A stretch of 64,000 nucleotides of DNA from positions 27,072-91,071 of the forward strand of contig JABTUP010000011.1 in NCBI GenBank assembly GCA_015075325.1, given 5' to 3'. Below, one piece after another: positions 29,056 through 37,847 of the stretch (its first letter is position 1; every line of letters begins with the position of its first letter). A program made the position numbers and the translations under genes. Source of the stretch: Flavobacteriales bacterium (lineage in GTDB: Bacteria > Bacteroidota > Bacteroidia > Flavobacteriales_E > Vicingaceae). The notes beneath the pieces were generated by a model, which made no database searches, had not been told where the DNA came from, and saw only the letters and a list, made by a program, of their open reading frames with translations.

Positions 29056-30084
29056 TTATTTTCTAATTTTTCGTGATAACGAGAATCCACCAATGTTTAA
29101 GGCATATTCTTTTACCTCTCCAGAGGCATCTTCAGTGGTTTCAACTTCGGCATTTTTACCTAAAACTTTCGCAACCACATTAGCAGCAACCAATTCCTTT
29201 GATGATGTTTTTACCTCGTTTTCCAATAAGCGTTTTTGTGCTTCTTTTTTCAAGGCTTCCGAAACCGTTAAAAATTCTTCAGATTGTTTTGGCTCTTCTT
29301 CAGCAACAAATGGTTCAATTTCAATGTATTCTTTCTCTTTAAACGGTTCTATTTCTATCATTTCTTTGCTGGTTGCTGGTTGTTGGTTGCTGGTTGCTGG
29401 ATTCTTGTTATTGTTTTCTGAAGAATGAAAACTGTTAACTGAGGATTTTGAACTGTTAACGGTAGGCTTTGAATTGCCAACTGAAGACTGAGAACTGTAA
29501 ATTGTAAACTGTAAACTATCAACCGAAGACTGTGAACTATCAACAAAAGATTGAGAATTATTTTCTATTGGAAACATTCTGGTATCTACCGAAGAGATGT
29601 TATTGTTGTTATCTGTAACAAACGGATTTAAGGTGAAAACAACAAAAAGCACAGCTGCGGCACTCGATATCCACCAATAAATTGGTACTACTTTGGTTTC
29701 TTTGTGTTTTAAGCTATTTTTATCAGCATACACAATTTGTTCGGGAACTAAAATGGTTTTTTGGTAGTTGGCAAAAAGCGAAGCATACAACGCATTTTCT
29801 TTAATAGCTTGTTGCAATTCTGCCGATTCTTTAGCATTATTTAAACCTTCTAATTCGGCAATCATTAATTCTTCGATGGCTGCTTGTTTTATATCTGCCT
29901 TGTGTTCAAAAGTAGCAACTGGTGTTTGAGCAAACAATGTATTTTCATACTCATCTAATTCGGCTTTTAAATCGGGGTTTTGTTCTAAAAACAACATCAA
30001 TTCCGCCACCATTTCTGGTGATAGATTTTGCTCTACATAATCGAGCAAAAAGGCTTCGTAGTTATTTTTATTGATGTAACTCAT
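29056..30084 (-). CDS. Putative membrane-spanning anti-sigma factor
   Basis: N-terminal INKNNYEAFLLDYVEQNLS typical of Bacteroidota ECF partners; single TM (IYWWISSAAAVLFVVF); 4-nt overlap with the ECF sigma stop. Confidence 0.7.
   Translation of the reverse strand: MSYINKNNYEAFLLDYVEQNLSPEMVAELMLFLEQNPDLKAELDEYENTLFAQTPVATFEHKADIKQAAIEELMIAELEGLNNAKESAELQQAIKENALYASLFANYQKTILVPEQIVYADKNSLKHKETKVVPIYWWISSAAAVLFVVFTLNPFVTDNNNNISSVDTRMFPIENNSQSFVDSSQSSVDSLQFTIYSSQSSVGNSKPTVNSSKSSVNSFHSSENNNKNPATSNQQPATSKEMIEIEPFKEKEYIEIEPFVAEEEPKQSEEFLTVSEALKKEAQKRLLENEVKTSSKELVAANVVAKVLGKNAEVETTEDASGEVKEYALNIGGFSLSRKIRK
29367..29562 (-). repeat. Two degenerate 7-bp arrays inside the anti-sigma CDS
   Basis: 5 x tgctggt-like units (29367-29401) and about 20 aactgnn-like units (29423-29562), giving 7-aa repeats (SSQSSVD...) and NPATSNQQPATS. 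Confidence 0.9.
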
Positions 30085-30566
30085 AATATTTGTTCGATGC
30101 TTCCTAAATATTGTTGTAAAAATTTTCGTCCTCGAAAAATGTACACTTTTACTTGCGATTCGGATAACCCTGTAATTTCTGCAATTTCGTCGTATGCATA
30201 TCCTTCGTAATCTCGCAATAATATCACCGATTTTTGGTCGGCAGGCAATTGGTTTAATGCGTTCTCTAGTACTTCTTGCAATCCTGTATATTGGGTTGAA
30301 TAAGTAAAATTGTTTTCTACAACTTCACTAAATTTTCCTTTCTTTTTTTCTCTTCTCGTTAAATCAATAAAAGTGTGATAAGCAGTGGTAAACAAATACG
30401 ATTTTTCTTTTCCTTGCTGCACTTCGTCTTTTTTGTGCCAAAACTTTTCAAATGTATCTTGCATAATATCTTTCGCCTTGTCCACATCTTTGGTGTTTTT
30501 TAGGACAAAGCGATAAAGACCATCCGAGTAGTCATCAACGCATTTATTAAATTCGTTAACTGTCAA
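30081..30566 (-). CDS. ECF-type RNA polymerase sigma-70 factor
   Basis: DIMQDTFEKFW, SYLFTTAYH (region 2); LRDYEGYAYDEIAEI...SQVKVYIFRGR (region 4). TTG start. Confidence 0.93.
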   Translation of the reverse strand: MTVNEFNKCVDDYSDGLYRFVLKNTKDVDKAKDIMQDTFEKFWHKKDEVQQGKEKSYLFTTAYHTFIDLTRREKKKGKFSEVVENNFTYSTQYTGLQEVLENALNQLPADQKSVILLRDYEGYAYDEIAEITGLSESQVKVYIFRGRKFLQQYLGSIEQIL

Positions 30567-30588
30567 TTTTGTGCACTTTTGTTGGTAC

Positions 30589-30617
30589 GACGAACAACTG
30601 TTTTAAAAAGTTACAGC
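30589..30617 (-). promoter_or_regulatory. Autoregulatory ECF promoter
   Basis: Minus strand GCTGTAAC-N17-CGTC, ending 22 nt before the TTG start. Confidence 0.8.
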
Positions 30618-30678
30618 CAAGTTAAAATTTTTATTGGCAATAGTTGTTTTTTGTTGTTTTCAAACTAAATTTAACAAC

Positions 30679-31014
30679 ATGGAAAACACCGACTTTTTTC
30701 AATTGGTTTATCAGGTTGTTCGCGAAATACCTTATGGAAGAGCAACCAGCTATGGTGCAATTGCTGCCTATTTAGGAGCAAAACGTAGCTCTAGAATGGT
30801 GGGTTGGGCAATGAACAACGCTCATCATCAGCAACCACCTGTTCCCGCACATCGGGTGGTTAACCGCAATGGCATGCTTACTGGAAAAAATCATTTTGAA
30901 ACCCCTTTTTTAATGCAACAACTGTTGGAAAAAGAAGGTGTAGTAGTTAACAACGACCAAATTCAAGATTTTGAAACCGTATTTTGGAATCCCATGAAAG
31001 AATTGGCTTTGTAG
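30679..31014 (+). CDS. MGMT family / alkyltransferase-like (ATL) protein
   Basis: VREIPYGRATSYGAIA, RMVGWAM, VPAHRVVN. The catalytic PCHR is replaced by PAHR, which points to ATL. ATG 30679 preferred. Confidence 0.9.
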   Translation: MENTDFFQLVYQVVREIPYGRATSYGAIAAYLGAKRSSRMVGWAMNNAHHQQPPVPAHRVVNRNGMLTGKNHFETPFLMQQLLEKEGVVVNNDQIQDFETVFWNPMKELAL

Positions 31015-31021
31015 CAATAAG

Positions 31022-32719
31022 CTACTGAATACCAACAACTCCTTCAGAAACGTTAATAATGTGGTCGCCAACTTTTTCTAAGGCATTAAACAATTCGCTG
31101 TAAGCTGTTGCACTTTTAAAGTTGTATTCGCCTTTTTCCACATTTTTAAAATGTTCTTTTCTTAACATGGTTCGAAGGTTATTAATGGCATCTTCTAATT
31201 CTTTTGCTTTTTCTAAGTTAACTTCGTCGTAGTTGCTATTTAAATTAACACACATGTTGTTTAAGGCATCTTCAACTACTTCGAACATGCTTAAAATGTT
31301 TTTTCGTTGATCGGGTGTAAACCACACTTTATTTTCGTGTTTTCGTTCTATGGTTTTCGACATTTGGTAATAAATATCGCCAACACGTTCGAGGTTTACA
31401 ATAATTCTTAGCATACCTCTAATTCTTAACGAAAGTTCTTCGCTCATTTCGCCTTGCGAAACTTTGGTTAAATAATTAGCTACTTCGGTTTCAATTTTAT
31501 CGGTTATGTCTTCGTATTTTTTAATTCTAGCTAAAGCAATGCTAAGTTTTTTGTTGTCTTGTTCGGTAATTAAATCTTTAACAAAACCATTCATTCTTCG
31601 GGTTAATTCTCCAAACTTGGCAATTTCTTTTTGTGCTTCAAAAATAGAAAGGTCTGGCGTTGTCATTATACCTGTGTTGATGTGTTCTAAATGATATTCT
31701 TCATCAAACTCTCCTTTCGATTTAATAGTTTTGGTAGCAACTTTTACTAACCATCCCAACACCCAAATCATAATGGAAACATTAATAATATTAAATGCGG
31801 TATGGAAAATTGCTAATCCCATTGGTGTTCCTTCAATATTTAAACGAGGGTCAACACTGCCTAAGATATCAACAGCAAACCAGCTGATTAAATCTAAAAA
31901 TGGAGTAAAAGAAATAACAAGTACCATCCAAGAAACACCAATGATATTAAACAACGAGTGAATACGAGCCGATCGTTTTGCATGAACATTGGCAGGTAAA
32001 GACGCTAATTCGGCAGTAATGGTGGTTCCAATGTTTTCACCTAACACCATTGCTATGGCGGCTTCATAAGGTATTATTCCCGTAAAACACAAGGTTTGTG
32101 TTAACGCCATGGTTGCAGATGATGATTGAACGATAACAGTTAAAAGAGTTCCAACCAACACAAAAAGTACATTGCTAAAAAAATTGGTGTCGGCATAATT
32201 ACCCAAAAAATGCAACATTTCTGGATTGTTTTTAATATCTGGAACGGCATCTTTTAACTCGGCTAAACCCCAAAACAAAATAGCAAACCCTAAAAGAAAC
32301 TCTCCAGCATATTTTATTTTAGATTTTTTTACAAAAAGCATAGGTACTGCTATTGCCAACAATGGCAACGACAACGCCGACATAGAAACCTTAAATCCTA
32401 ATAAGGCAACCAACCAAGAGGTAATTGTAGTGCCTATATTTGCTCCTAACATTACCCCAGCAGATTCAACTAAAGTGAGTAAACCTGCATTTACGAAACT
32501 TACCGTCATTACTGTTGTTGCAGAAGATGATTGCACTATACAGGTAACGATAAACCCTGTAAAAACACCCATAAACTTGTTTTGGGTCATCATGCTCAAC
32601 ATTTTTCTTAAACCGCTACCTGCAGCTTTTTGAATACCTTCGCTCATGATTTTCATTCCGTAAATGAAAAACCCTAGAGCCCCTATTAATGTTAATATTT
32701 CTACAAATCCGAAGTTCAT
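31022..32719 (-). CDS. Na+/Pi cotransporter family protein (with PhoU-like C-terminal domains)
   Basis: Two QSSS repeats (VQSSSAT), GANIGTT / GENIGTT, C-terminal LERVGD / LEKVGDH. Confidence 0.93.
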   Translation of the reverse strand: MNFGFVEILTLIGALGFFIYGMKIMSEGIQKAAGSGLRKMLSMMTQNKFMGVFTGFIVTCIVQSSSATTVMTVSFVNAGLLTLVESAGVMLGANIGTTITSWLVALLGFKVSMSALSLPLLAIAVPMLFVKKSKIKYAGEFLLGFAILFWGLAELKDAVPDIKNNPEMLHFLGNYADTNFFSNVLFVLVGTLLTVIVQSSSATMALTQTLCFTGIIPYEAAIAMVLGENIGTTITAELASLPANVHAKRSARIHSLFNIIGVSWMVLVISFTPFLDLISWFAVDILGSVDPRLNIEGTPMGLAIFHTAFNIINVSIMIWVLGWLVKVATKTIKSKGEFDEEYHLEHINTGIMTTPDLSIFEAQKEIAKFGELTRRMNGFVKDLITEQDNKKLSIALARIKKYEDITDKIETEVANYLTKVSQGEMSEELSLRIRGMLRIIVNLERVGDIYYQMSKTIERKHENKVWFTPDQRKNILSMFEVVEDALNNMCVNLNSNYDEVNLEKAKELEDAINNLRTMLRKEHFKNVEKGEYNFKSATAYSELFNALEKVGDHIINVSEGVVGIQ

Positions 32720-32770
32720 GCTGATGTGTTTTAAAATGCGTTACAAAAGTAGCCGTTTTGTGTTTTTCAA

Positions 32771-32787
32771 TGTTAAGTTAATGTTAA
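32771..32787 (-). promoter_or_regulatory. Pho-box-like direct repeat upstream of the Na/Pi cotransporter
   Basis: Minus strand TTAACA-N5-TTAACA (11-bp period), 20 nt upstream of a TAnnTTTG element at 32744-32751. Confidence 0.65.
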
Positions 32788-32820
32788 CAAATTGGTTTTA
32801 AACATTAATTTATTTACTAG

Positions 32821-34056
32821 TTAAATTCCTATTTCAATTTGAAAAGTAGTGTTCCAGTTTTTGGTGGTTATTTCATCTAAAAACAAGTTGGTAGATTGGT
32901 TGTAAAACACGTGTCCTTGCAGTTTAACACGGTGTTTTTTTAAATATTTGGTTACTCCCAAACCCATTTCTTCACGCTGAAGTTCTTTCTTTTGAATGGA
33001 AGCAAAAGGAGAAATTCGGGCATATCGTGCAGCAATTTCTAAATTGTTTTTAAACAAATAACTTATTTGAGCCATTTTTCCTTCGCCAATATAAACATGT
33101 CGTTGTTCTTTTAAACTATTGGTTGTAAATGCATTATCGGTAGTTCTGTTGATGTATTCGGCACTTAATGCAAAACCGCGGTACTTAATAAGCATATCGG
33201 AGATAAACACACTTAAGTTTCTGCTTTCGTATAAATCTTTTCCAAGCGTTCCTGCTGTTCTTCTTGCTCGTTCGTTGTAATGATAACCAGCTGCTATCGA
33301 AACTTTTGGTTTTTGTTCTCGTTCTAAATCGCCTTCAAAATAATCGCCTTTGTTGGTAAATTTTCCGAAAGGCAACAACTCTACTCTACCAGTATAAGCC
33401 AAGCCGCCATCAGAAACTGTTGAATTTCTTCCTTCGCCCGAACTAACGGCTCCTTTTAACGCATAATGAATTTTGGATACGTTGTTTAAATAGGCAAACT
33501 GCAAACCAAAATCGCGGTCGGGAGTAAAGGTTGAATTAACAATAGAACGATCGGCAAACTGTAATTCGCCCGAAGAAACCACCCGTTGTCGGTTGCCCGG
33601 AAGTTTGGTTTGTCCGAAAATAATCGATAACTTTTGGGTTGGTTTGTAAATAAACACAGCGTCTCTAACAATGTTTGGACTCGAATTGATGGCAGAATTG
33701 TCGTTATCGGTCCAATCCATATCGCCTCTCGAAAAAGAAAGTTGTAAGTAATAGTTTATTTTAGAGTTGATTACAAAACCTTCCATTCGCAAACGTAAAC
33801 GACGAACTCGTGCTTCTATTTCTGATGCTGTAAAATCGTTTTCGGAAACAGTAGTATAAGCCGACCTTAATTGTGTTCGGAAACGAAAGTTCATTGAAAA
33901 AATACTGTCGGGAGCAACCATTCCAATACCATTCGAAAAATAAAAACTAGCTGGTATTGACTTACGTGTTGTTGTTAATGTATCGTTTTTTTCTTGTGCA
34001 ACAAGCTCTCCTGAGAAAAAAAGAACCGTTAATGTTAACTTAATTATGTTTTTCAT
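32821..34056 (-). CDS. Phosphate-selective porin O/P-like outer-membrane protein
   Basis: Signal peptide; RRLRL, GQTKLPGNRQR, FTPDRDFG motifs; C-terminal barrel strand; adjacent to the Na/Pi transporter. Confidence 0.8.
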   Translation of the reverse strand: MKNIIKLTLTVLFFSGELVAQEKNDTLTTTRKSIPASFYFSNGIGMVAPDSIFSMNFRFRTQLRSAYTTVSENDFTASEIEARVRRLRLRMEGFVINSKINYYLQLSFSRGDMDWTDNDNSAINSSPNIVRDAVFIYKPTQKLSIIFGQTKLPGNRQRVVSSGELQFADRSIVNSTFTPDRDFGLQFAYLNNVSKIHYALKGAVSSGEGRNSTVSDGGLAYTGRVELLPFGKFTNKGDYFEGDLEREQKPKVSIAAGYHYNERARRTAGTLGKDLYESRNLSVFISDMLIKYRGFALSAEYINRTTDNAFTTNSLKEQRHVYIGEGKMAQISYLFKNNLEIAARYARISPFASIQKKELQREEMGLGVTKYLKKHRVKLQGHVFYNQSTNLFLDEITTKNWNTTFQIEIGI

Positions 34057-34155
34057 GTTAATTTTTCTTTATTGATGTTTGTTTAACAAAAAACGCTAAA
34101 AGCATTTAAAACAAGGCAAAAGTAACATTACCAAACTTGCATGCAATAAATTAAT

Positions 34156-34183
34156 TATTAAGGCTGTGTTAAGATAATGTTAA
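34156..34183 (-). promoter_or_regulatory. Pho-box-like direct repeats upstream of the porin
   Basis: tattaa / tgttaa / tgttaa at 34156, 34167 and 34178 (11-bp period); TAnnTTTG at 34117-34124. Confidence 0.6.
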
Positions 34184-34382
34184 GCAATACTATTAAACCA
34201 TAAAACCGCACAAGCTACAAAACAACCAAAACACCATAAATATACAAAACATTAAAGCCTTTTTGATGATTTATAATTTTATTACATTTGAAAATAAAAG
34301 GTGTTTTATTACAAGTTTTAAAATGATTTAATAGTATGCTTCCACTGCCCCAAGTACCAAAGCATTATAAAAAAACTACTAC

Positions 34383-35009
34383 ATGGACAAATACAAAGAA
34401 ACATTTAACACTTGGAACAACATTGCAGCTGTTTACCAAGATAAGTTTATGAACTTGACTTTGTACAACAAATCGTACAACTATATCTGCAAAACGATAA
34501 CCAAACAAAATGCAAAATTGCTGGAAATTGGTTGTGGACCAGGAAATATAACTAAATACTTGTTATCTCAACGGCCCGACTTTGATATTTTTGGAATTGA
34601 CATAGCTCCAAACATGGTTGAACTTGCAAAAAAAAATAACCCAACAGCACATTTTACTATAATGGATAGCCGACAAATTAACTGTCTTAATGAAAAATAT
34701 GACGGAATTATCGTTGGGTTTTGTTTGCCCTATTTATCGACTACTGAAAGCAACGAACTAATTTCTGCCTCTTACAATTTGCTTAACAAAAACGGATTAA
34801 TCTACTTGAGTTTTGTTGAAGGAAACCCAGAAAATTCTGATTTTAAAGTTGGCAGCGGTGGTAGAGTTTACTTTCATTACCATCAGTTAAACGAATTAAA
34901 AAAACAATTGACAAAGACAACATTTAACCAGCTAAAAACCTTTAAAGTAAAATACAAAACATCAGAAACAACATTTGACACACACACCATATTAACAGCA
35001 AAAAAATAA
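34383..35009 (+). CDS. Class I SAM-dependent methyltransferase
   Basis: LLEIGCGPG motif I, GIDIAPNM. Confidence 0.9.
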   Translation: MDKYKETFNTWNNIAAVYQDKFMNLTLYNKSYNYICKTITKQNAKLLEIGCGPGNITKYLLSQRPDFDIFGIDIAPNMVELAKKNNPTAHFTIMDSRQINCLNEKYDGIIVGFCLPYLSTTESNELISASYNLLNKNGLIYLSFVEGNPENSDFKVGSGGRVYFHYHQLNELKKQLTKTTFNQLKTFKVKYKTSETTFDTHTILTAKK

Positions 35010-35014
35010 AAACC

Positions 35015-35527
35015 ATGAACAACGAAATTTTATTTACTGAAAAACAACGATTTAACCAATGGTGGCTCTGGTTAATTATTTTAGGCATTAACGGAATGAT
35101 TTTGTTTGGTGTTTACAAACAACTAATTGGCGGTGAACAATTTGGAAACAACCCAATGAGTAATACGGGGCTTTTAATAACTACCGGACTAACTTTTGCT
35201 TTTACGCTTTTGTTTGCAAACTTTCGCCTTGAAACAACAATTAAAACAGACGGAATTTATGTTCGTTTTTTTCCATTACACATTAAGTTCAAACATTATA
35301 CTTGGAATAGCCTAACAAAATTGTATGTTAGGCAATATTCTCCTTTAACAGAATATGGTGGCTGGGGCATTCGACTTGGTTTGTTTGGAAAAAGAACAGC
35401 ATATAATGTTTCGGGCAACAAAGGTTTACAACTTGAATTTACCAACAACAAAAAATTACTGATTGGAACAAACAAACCAACCGAACTAACCGAAACGCTT
35501 ACTAAAATTGGAAAACTGAACCCATAA
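35015..35527 (+). CDS. DUF6141-like membrane protein (bPH-like C-terminus)
   Basis: LFTEKQRFNQWW, two TM helices, EYGGWGIR...AYNVSGNKGLQL. Confidence 0.75.
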   Translation: MNNEILFTEKQRFNQWWLWLIILGINGMILFGVYKQLIGGEQFGNNPMSNTGLLITTGLTFAFTLLFANFRLETTIKTDGIYVRFFPLHIKFKHYTWNSLTKLYVRQYSPLTEYGGWGIRLGLFGKRTAYNVSGNKGLQLEFTNNKKLLIGTNKPTELTETLTKIGKLNP

Positions 35528-35549
35528 CAAAACCTAACAAAATACAACA

Positions 35550-35807
35550 ATGAAATGCTTTAATTGTGCTGCTGACACTAACCATAAAAAATACGAAATT
35601 CCAATTTGTCATTCGTGCGAAACGGGTTTAAAATTGTTTACTGACGATACCATCATGAGGCAAAAAAAAGAGTATAAATGCTCTGAAAAGTATTCTTCAT
35701 ACCAAGATGAAATAGCTCATCGAATTATACTGTTGGAAAACGACTATTTAAAAAAGAAAATTAAACTGCTTCATGTTTTAGAACGATTGGCTAATTTTAA
35801 GGAATAA
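35550..35807 (+). CDS. Small hypothetical protein with two CxxC motifs
   Basis: CFNC...CHSC; ATG with an A-rich leader; co-oriented with neighbours. Confidence 0.55.
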   Translation: MKCFNCAADTNHKKYEIPICHSCETGLKLFTDDTIMRQKKEYKCSEKYSSYQDEIAHRIILLENDYLKKKIKLLHVLERLANFKE

Positions 35808-35883
35808 TTTACTGCTTGTAGGGTTTTGTTTTGGACAATACAAACTAAACAATTAGAGCTATAACGAATTAAAAAACAAACAA

Positions 35884-36186
35884 ATGAAAACATACAGCAC
35901 ATTATCGGAAGCCATAACCGACCTAACCAAAAAAGGGTACACATTTAATTTCAACTTACAAAAAGAATGTATTTTATGTTCAGAAAACAATTGGCAGCTC
36001 AAACCCGACGAATTTGAAATTGATGCTGTGTATCGTTTTCAAGATCTGTCGGATGTGGATAATGAAAGTATTTTGTACGCTATTTCATCTAAACAACACA
36101 ACTTAAAAGGACTTTTAGTAAACGCTTACAGCATCTATTCCAATAGTACTTCTGCAAAAATGGTAGAGAAATTAAATAAATCATGA
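35884..36186 (+). CDS. Conserved small Bacteroidota protein (often auto-labelled phosphoribosylpyrophosphate synthetase; function unknown)
   Basis: TLSEAITDLTKKGYTFNF...FEIDAVYRF...ESILYAISS...KGLLVNAY signature; far too short to be a real Prs. Confidence 0.75.
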   Translation: MKTYSTLSEAITDLTKKGYTFNFNLQKECILCSENNWQLKPDEFEIDAVYRFQDLSDVDNESILYAISSKQHNLKGLLVNAYSIYSNSTSAKMVEKLNKS

Positions 36187-37064
36187 ACAGAAAGGCTTTT
36201 TTAAAAACTTTGGCACTTTTGCCAATAACAGCAGCAGCTATGAAATTAAACGATTTAAATAAAATCACTTCCACTTTTGACTCCACAGTTAAAATGCCAG
36301 TATTGTTTCTAGGGCACGGTAGCCCTATGAATGCTATTGAAGAAAATGAATTTGTAACGGGTTTTAAAAATATTGCCAAAGACATTCCAAAACCCAACGC
36401 CATTTTATGTATTTCGGCTCACTGGGAAACAAAAGGAACTTTTGTAACTGCCATGCAAAATCCACCTACCATTCACGATTTTGGTGGATTTCCAAAAGCA
36501 TTGTTTGACGTGCAATACCCTGCACCAGGCAGCCCAGAATTGGCAAAAGAAACCAAATTGCTCATAACCAAAACCGAAGTAGGATTAGACGATAAATGGG
36601 GTTTAGACCACGGAGCCTGGAGCGTAATTAAACACTTGTATCCAAATGCCGATATTCCTGTTATACAGTTGAGTTTAGATTACTCTCAATCGCCTCAATA
36701 TCACTATGAATTGGCACAACAAATAAACACTCTTCGTAAAAAAGGAGTGTTAATTATTGGTAGCGGAAATATTGTACACAACCTAAGAATGGTTGAATGG
36801 AAAAGATTGAACGATACTTTTGGCTTTGATTGGGCAATTGAAGCCAATGAAAAAATAAAAAATTTCATTCTCGATGGAAACCACCAACAACTCATCAATT
36901 TCCGTTCGCAAGGAAAAGCATTTGATTTGGCAATTCCTACTCCCGAACATTATTTGCCATTGCTTTATACCTTAGCTTTGCAAGATAAAAACGAAGAAGT
37001 AAAATTGTTTAACGACAAACCCGTTGCGGGGTCGTTATTCATGACTTCATTAAAAATTGGATAA
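36183..37064 (+). CDS. ygiD: 4,5-DOPA extradiol dioxygenase (YgiD/LigB family)
   Basis: FLGHGSPMNA, ISAHW, GLDHGAW, GSGNIVHNL, PTPEHYLPL. Confidence 0.92.
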   Translation: MNRKAFLKTLALLPITAAAMKLNDLNKITSTFDSTVKMPVLFLGHGSPMNAIEENEFVTGFKNIAKDIPKPNAILCISAHWETKGTFVTAMQNPPTIHDFGGFPKALFDVQYPAPGSPELAKETKLLITKTEVGLDDKWGLDHGAWSVIKHLYPNADIPVIQLSLDYSQSPQYHYELAQQINTLRKKGVLIIGSGNIVHNLRMVEWKRLNDTFGFDWAIEANEKIKNFILDGNHQQLINFRSQGKAFDLAIPTPEHYLPLLYTLALQDKNEEVKLFNDKPVAGSLFMTSLKIG

Positions 37065-37079
37065 TAAATTTAAAAGAAG

Positions 37080-37715
37080 TTGGACATAAAACTAACCATA
37101 CTTTTAGACCTGCTGGGCACATTTGCATTTGCAATTAGTGGCATCAGGTTAGCATCAGGTAAACAAATTGACTGGTTCGGAGCATACATTATTGGCTTGG
37201 TTACCGCTATTGGAGGCGGAACTTTAAGAGATTTATTACTTGATTTAACTCCTTTTTGGATATTAGATTCACATTATTTTTTAATTACCGGAGCTGCCCT
37301 TCTGGTAACTTTAGTTTTTAAAGAAAAGCTGTTTAAATTGGGCAGCACGTTGTTTTTGTTTGACACCATTGGGCTTGGATTGTTTACCATTGTAGGTATA
37401 ACAAAAAGTGTTGATGCAGGACTTCCTTTTTGGGTTTGTATAGTAATGGGAACCATTACTGGATCTGTTGGTGGAGTTACACGAGATGTGTTGCTTAACC
37501 AAGTTCCATTACTTTTCCGAAAAGATATTTATGCTCTTGCTTGTGTTGCTGGAGGAGGAATATATTTTATTTGTTATTACATCAACTTACCCACCGGAGT
37601 TACAGAAACAATAGCAGCATTAACCGTTATTATTATTCGGCTTATTGCAGTAAAATTTCACATCCATTTGCCACTACTACAACCCATTGGCAAAAAAAAA
37701 CAATTGATAAAATAA
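37080..37715 (+). CDS. Trimeric intracellular cation channel (UPF0126) family membrane protein
   Basis: GTFAFAISG, TAIGGGTLRD, DTIGLGLF, GGVTRDVL. TTG start. Confidence 0.9.
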   Translation: MDIKLTILLDLLGTFAFAISGIRLASGKQIDWFGAYIIGLVTAIGGGTLRDLLLDLTPFWILDSHYFLITGAALLVTLVFKEKLFKLGSTLFLFDTIGLGLFTIVGITKSVDAGLPFWVCIVMGTITGSVGGVTRDVLLNQVPLLFRKDIYALACVAGGGIYFICYYINLPTGVTETIAALTVIIIRLIAVKFHIHLPLLQPIGKKKQLIK

Positions 37716-37847
37716 TTTTTTTTCTAGCAAACCTTGGTGGTTAATTTGTTTGTTTTGTTTGAGTAAATCATCATTTAGTTCGATACTAAAATCAACAATA
37801 CTTTTTTTGTTTGCTCTTTTCGTAATTTTGTACCAAAATAAATTACT

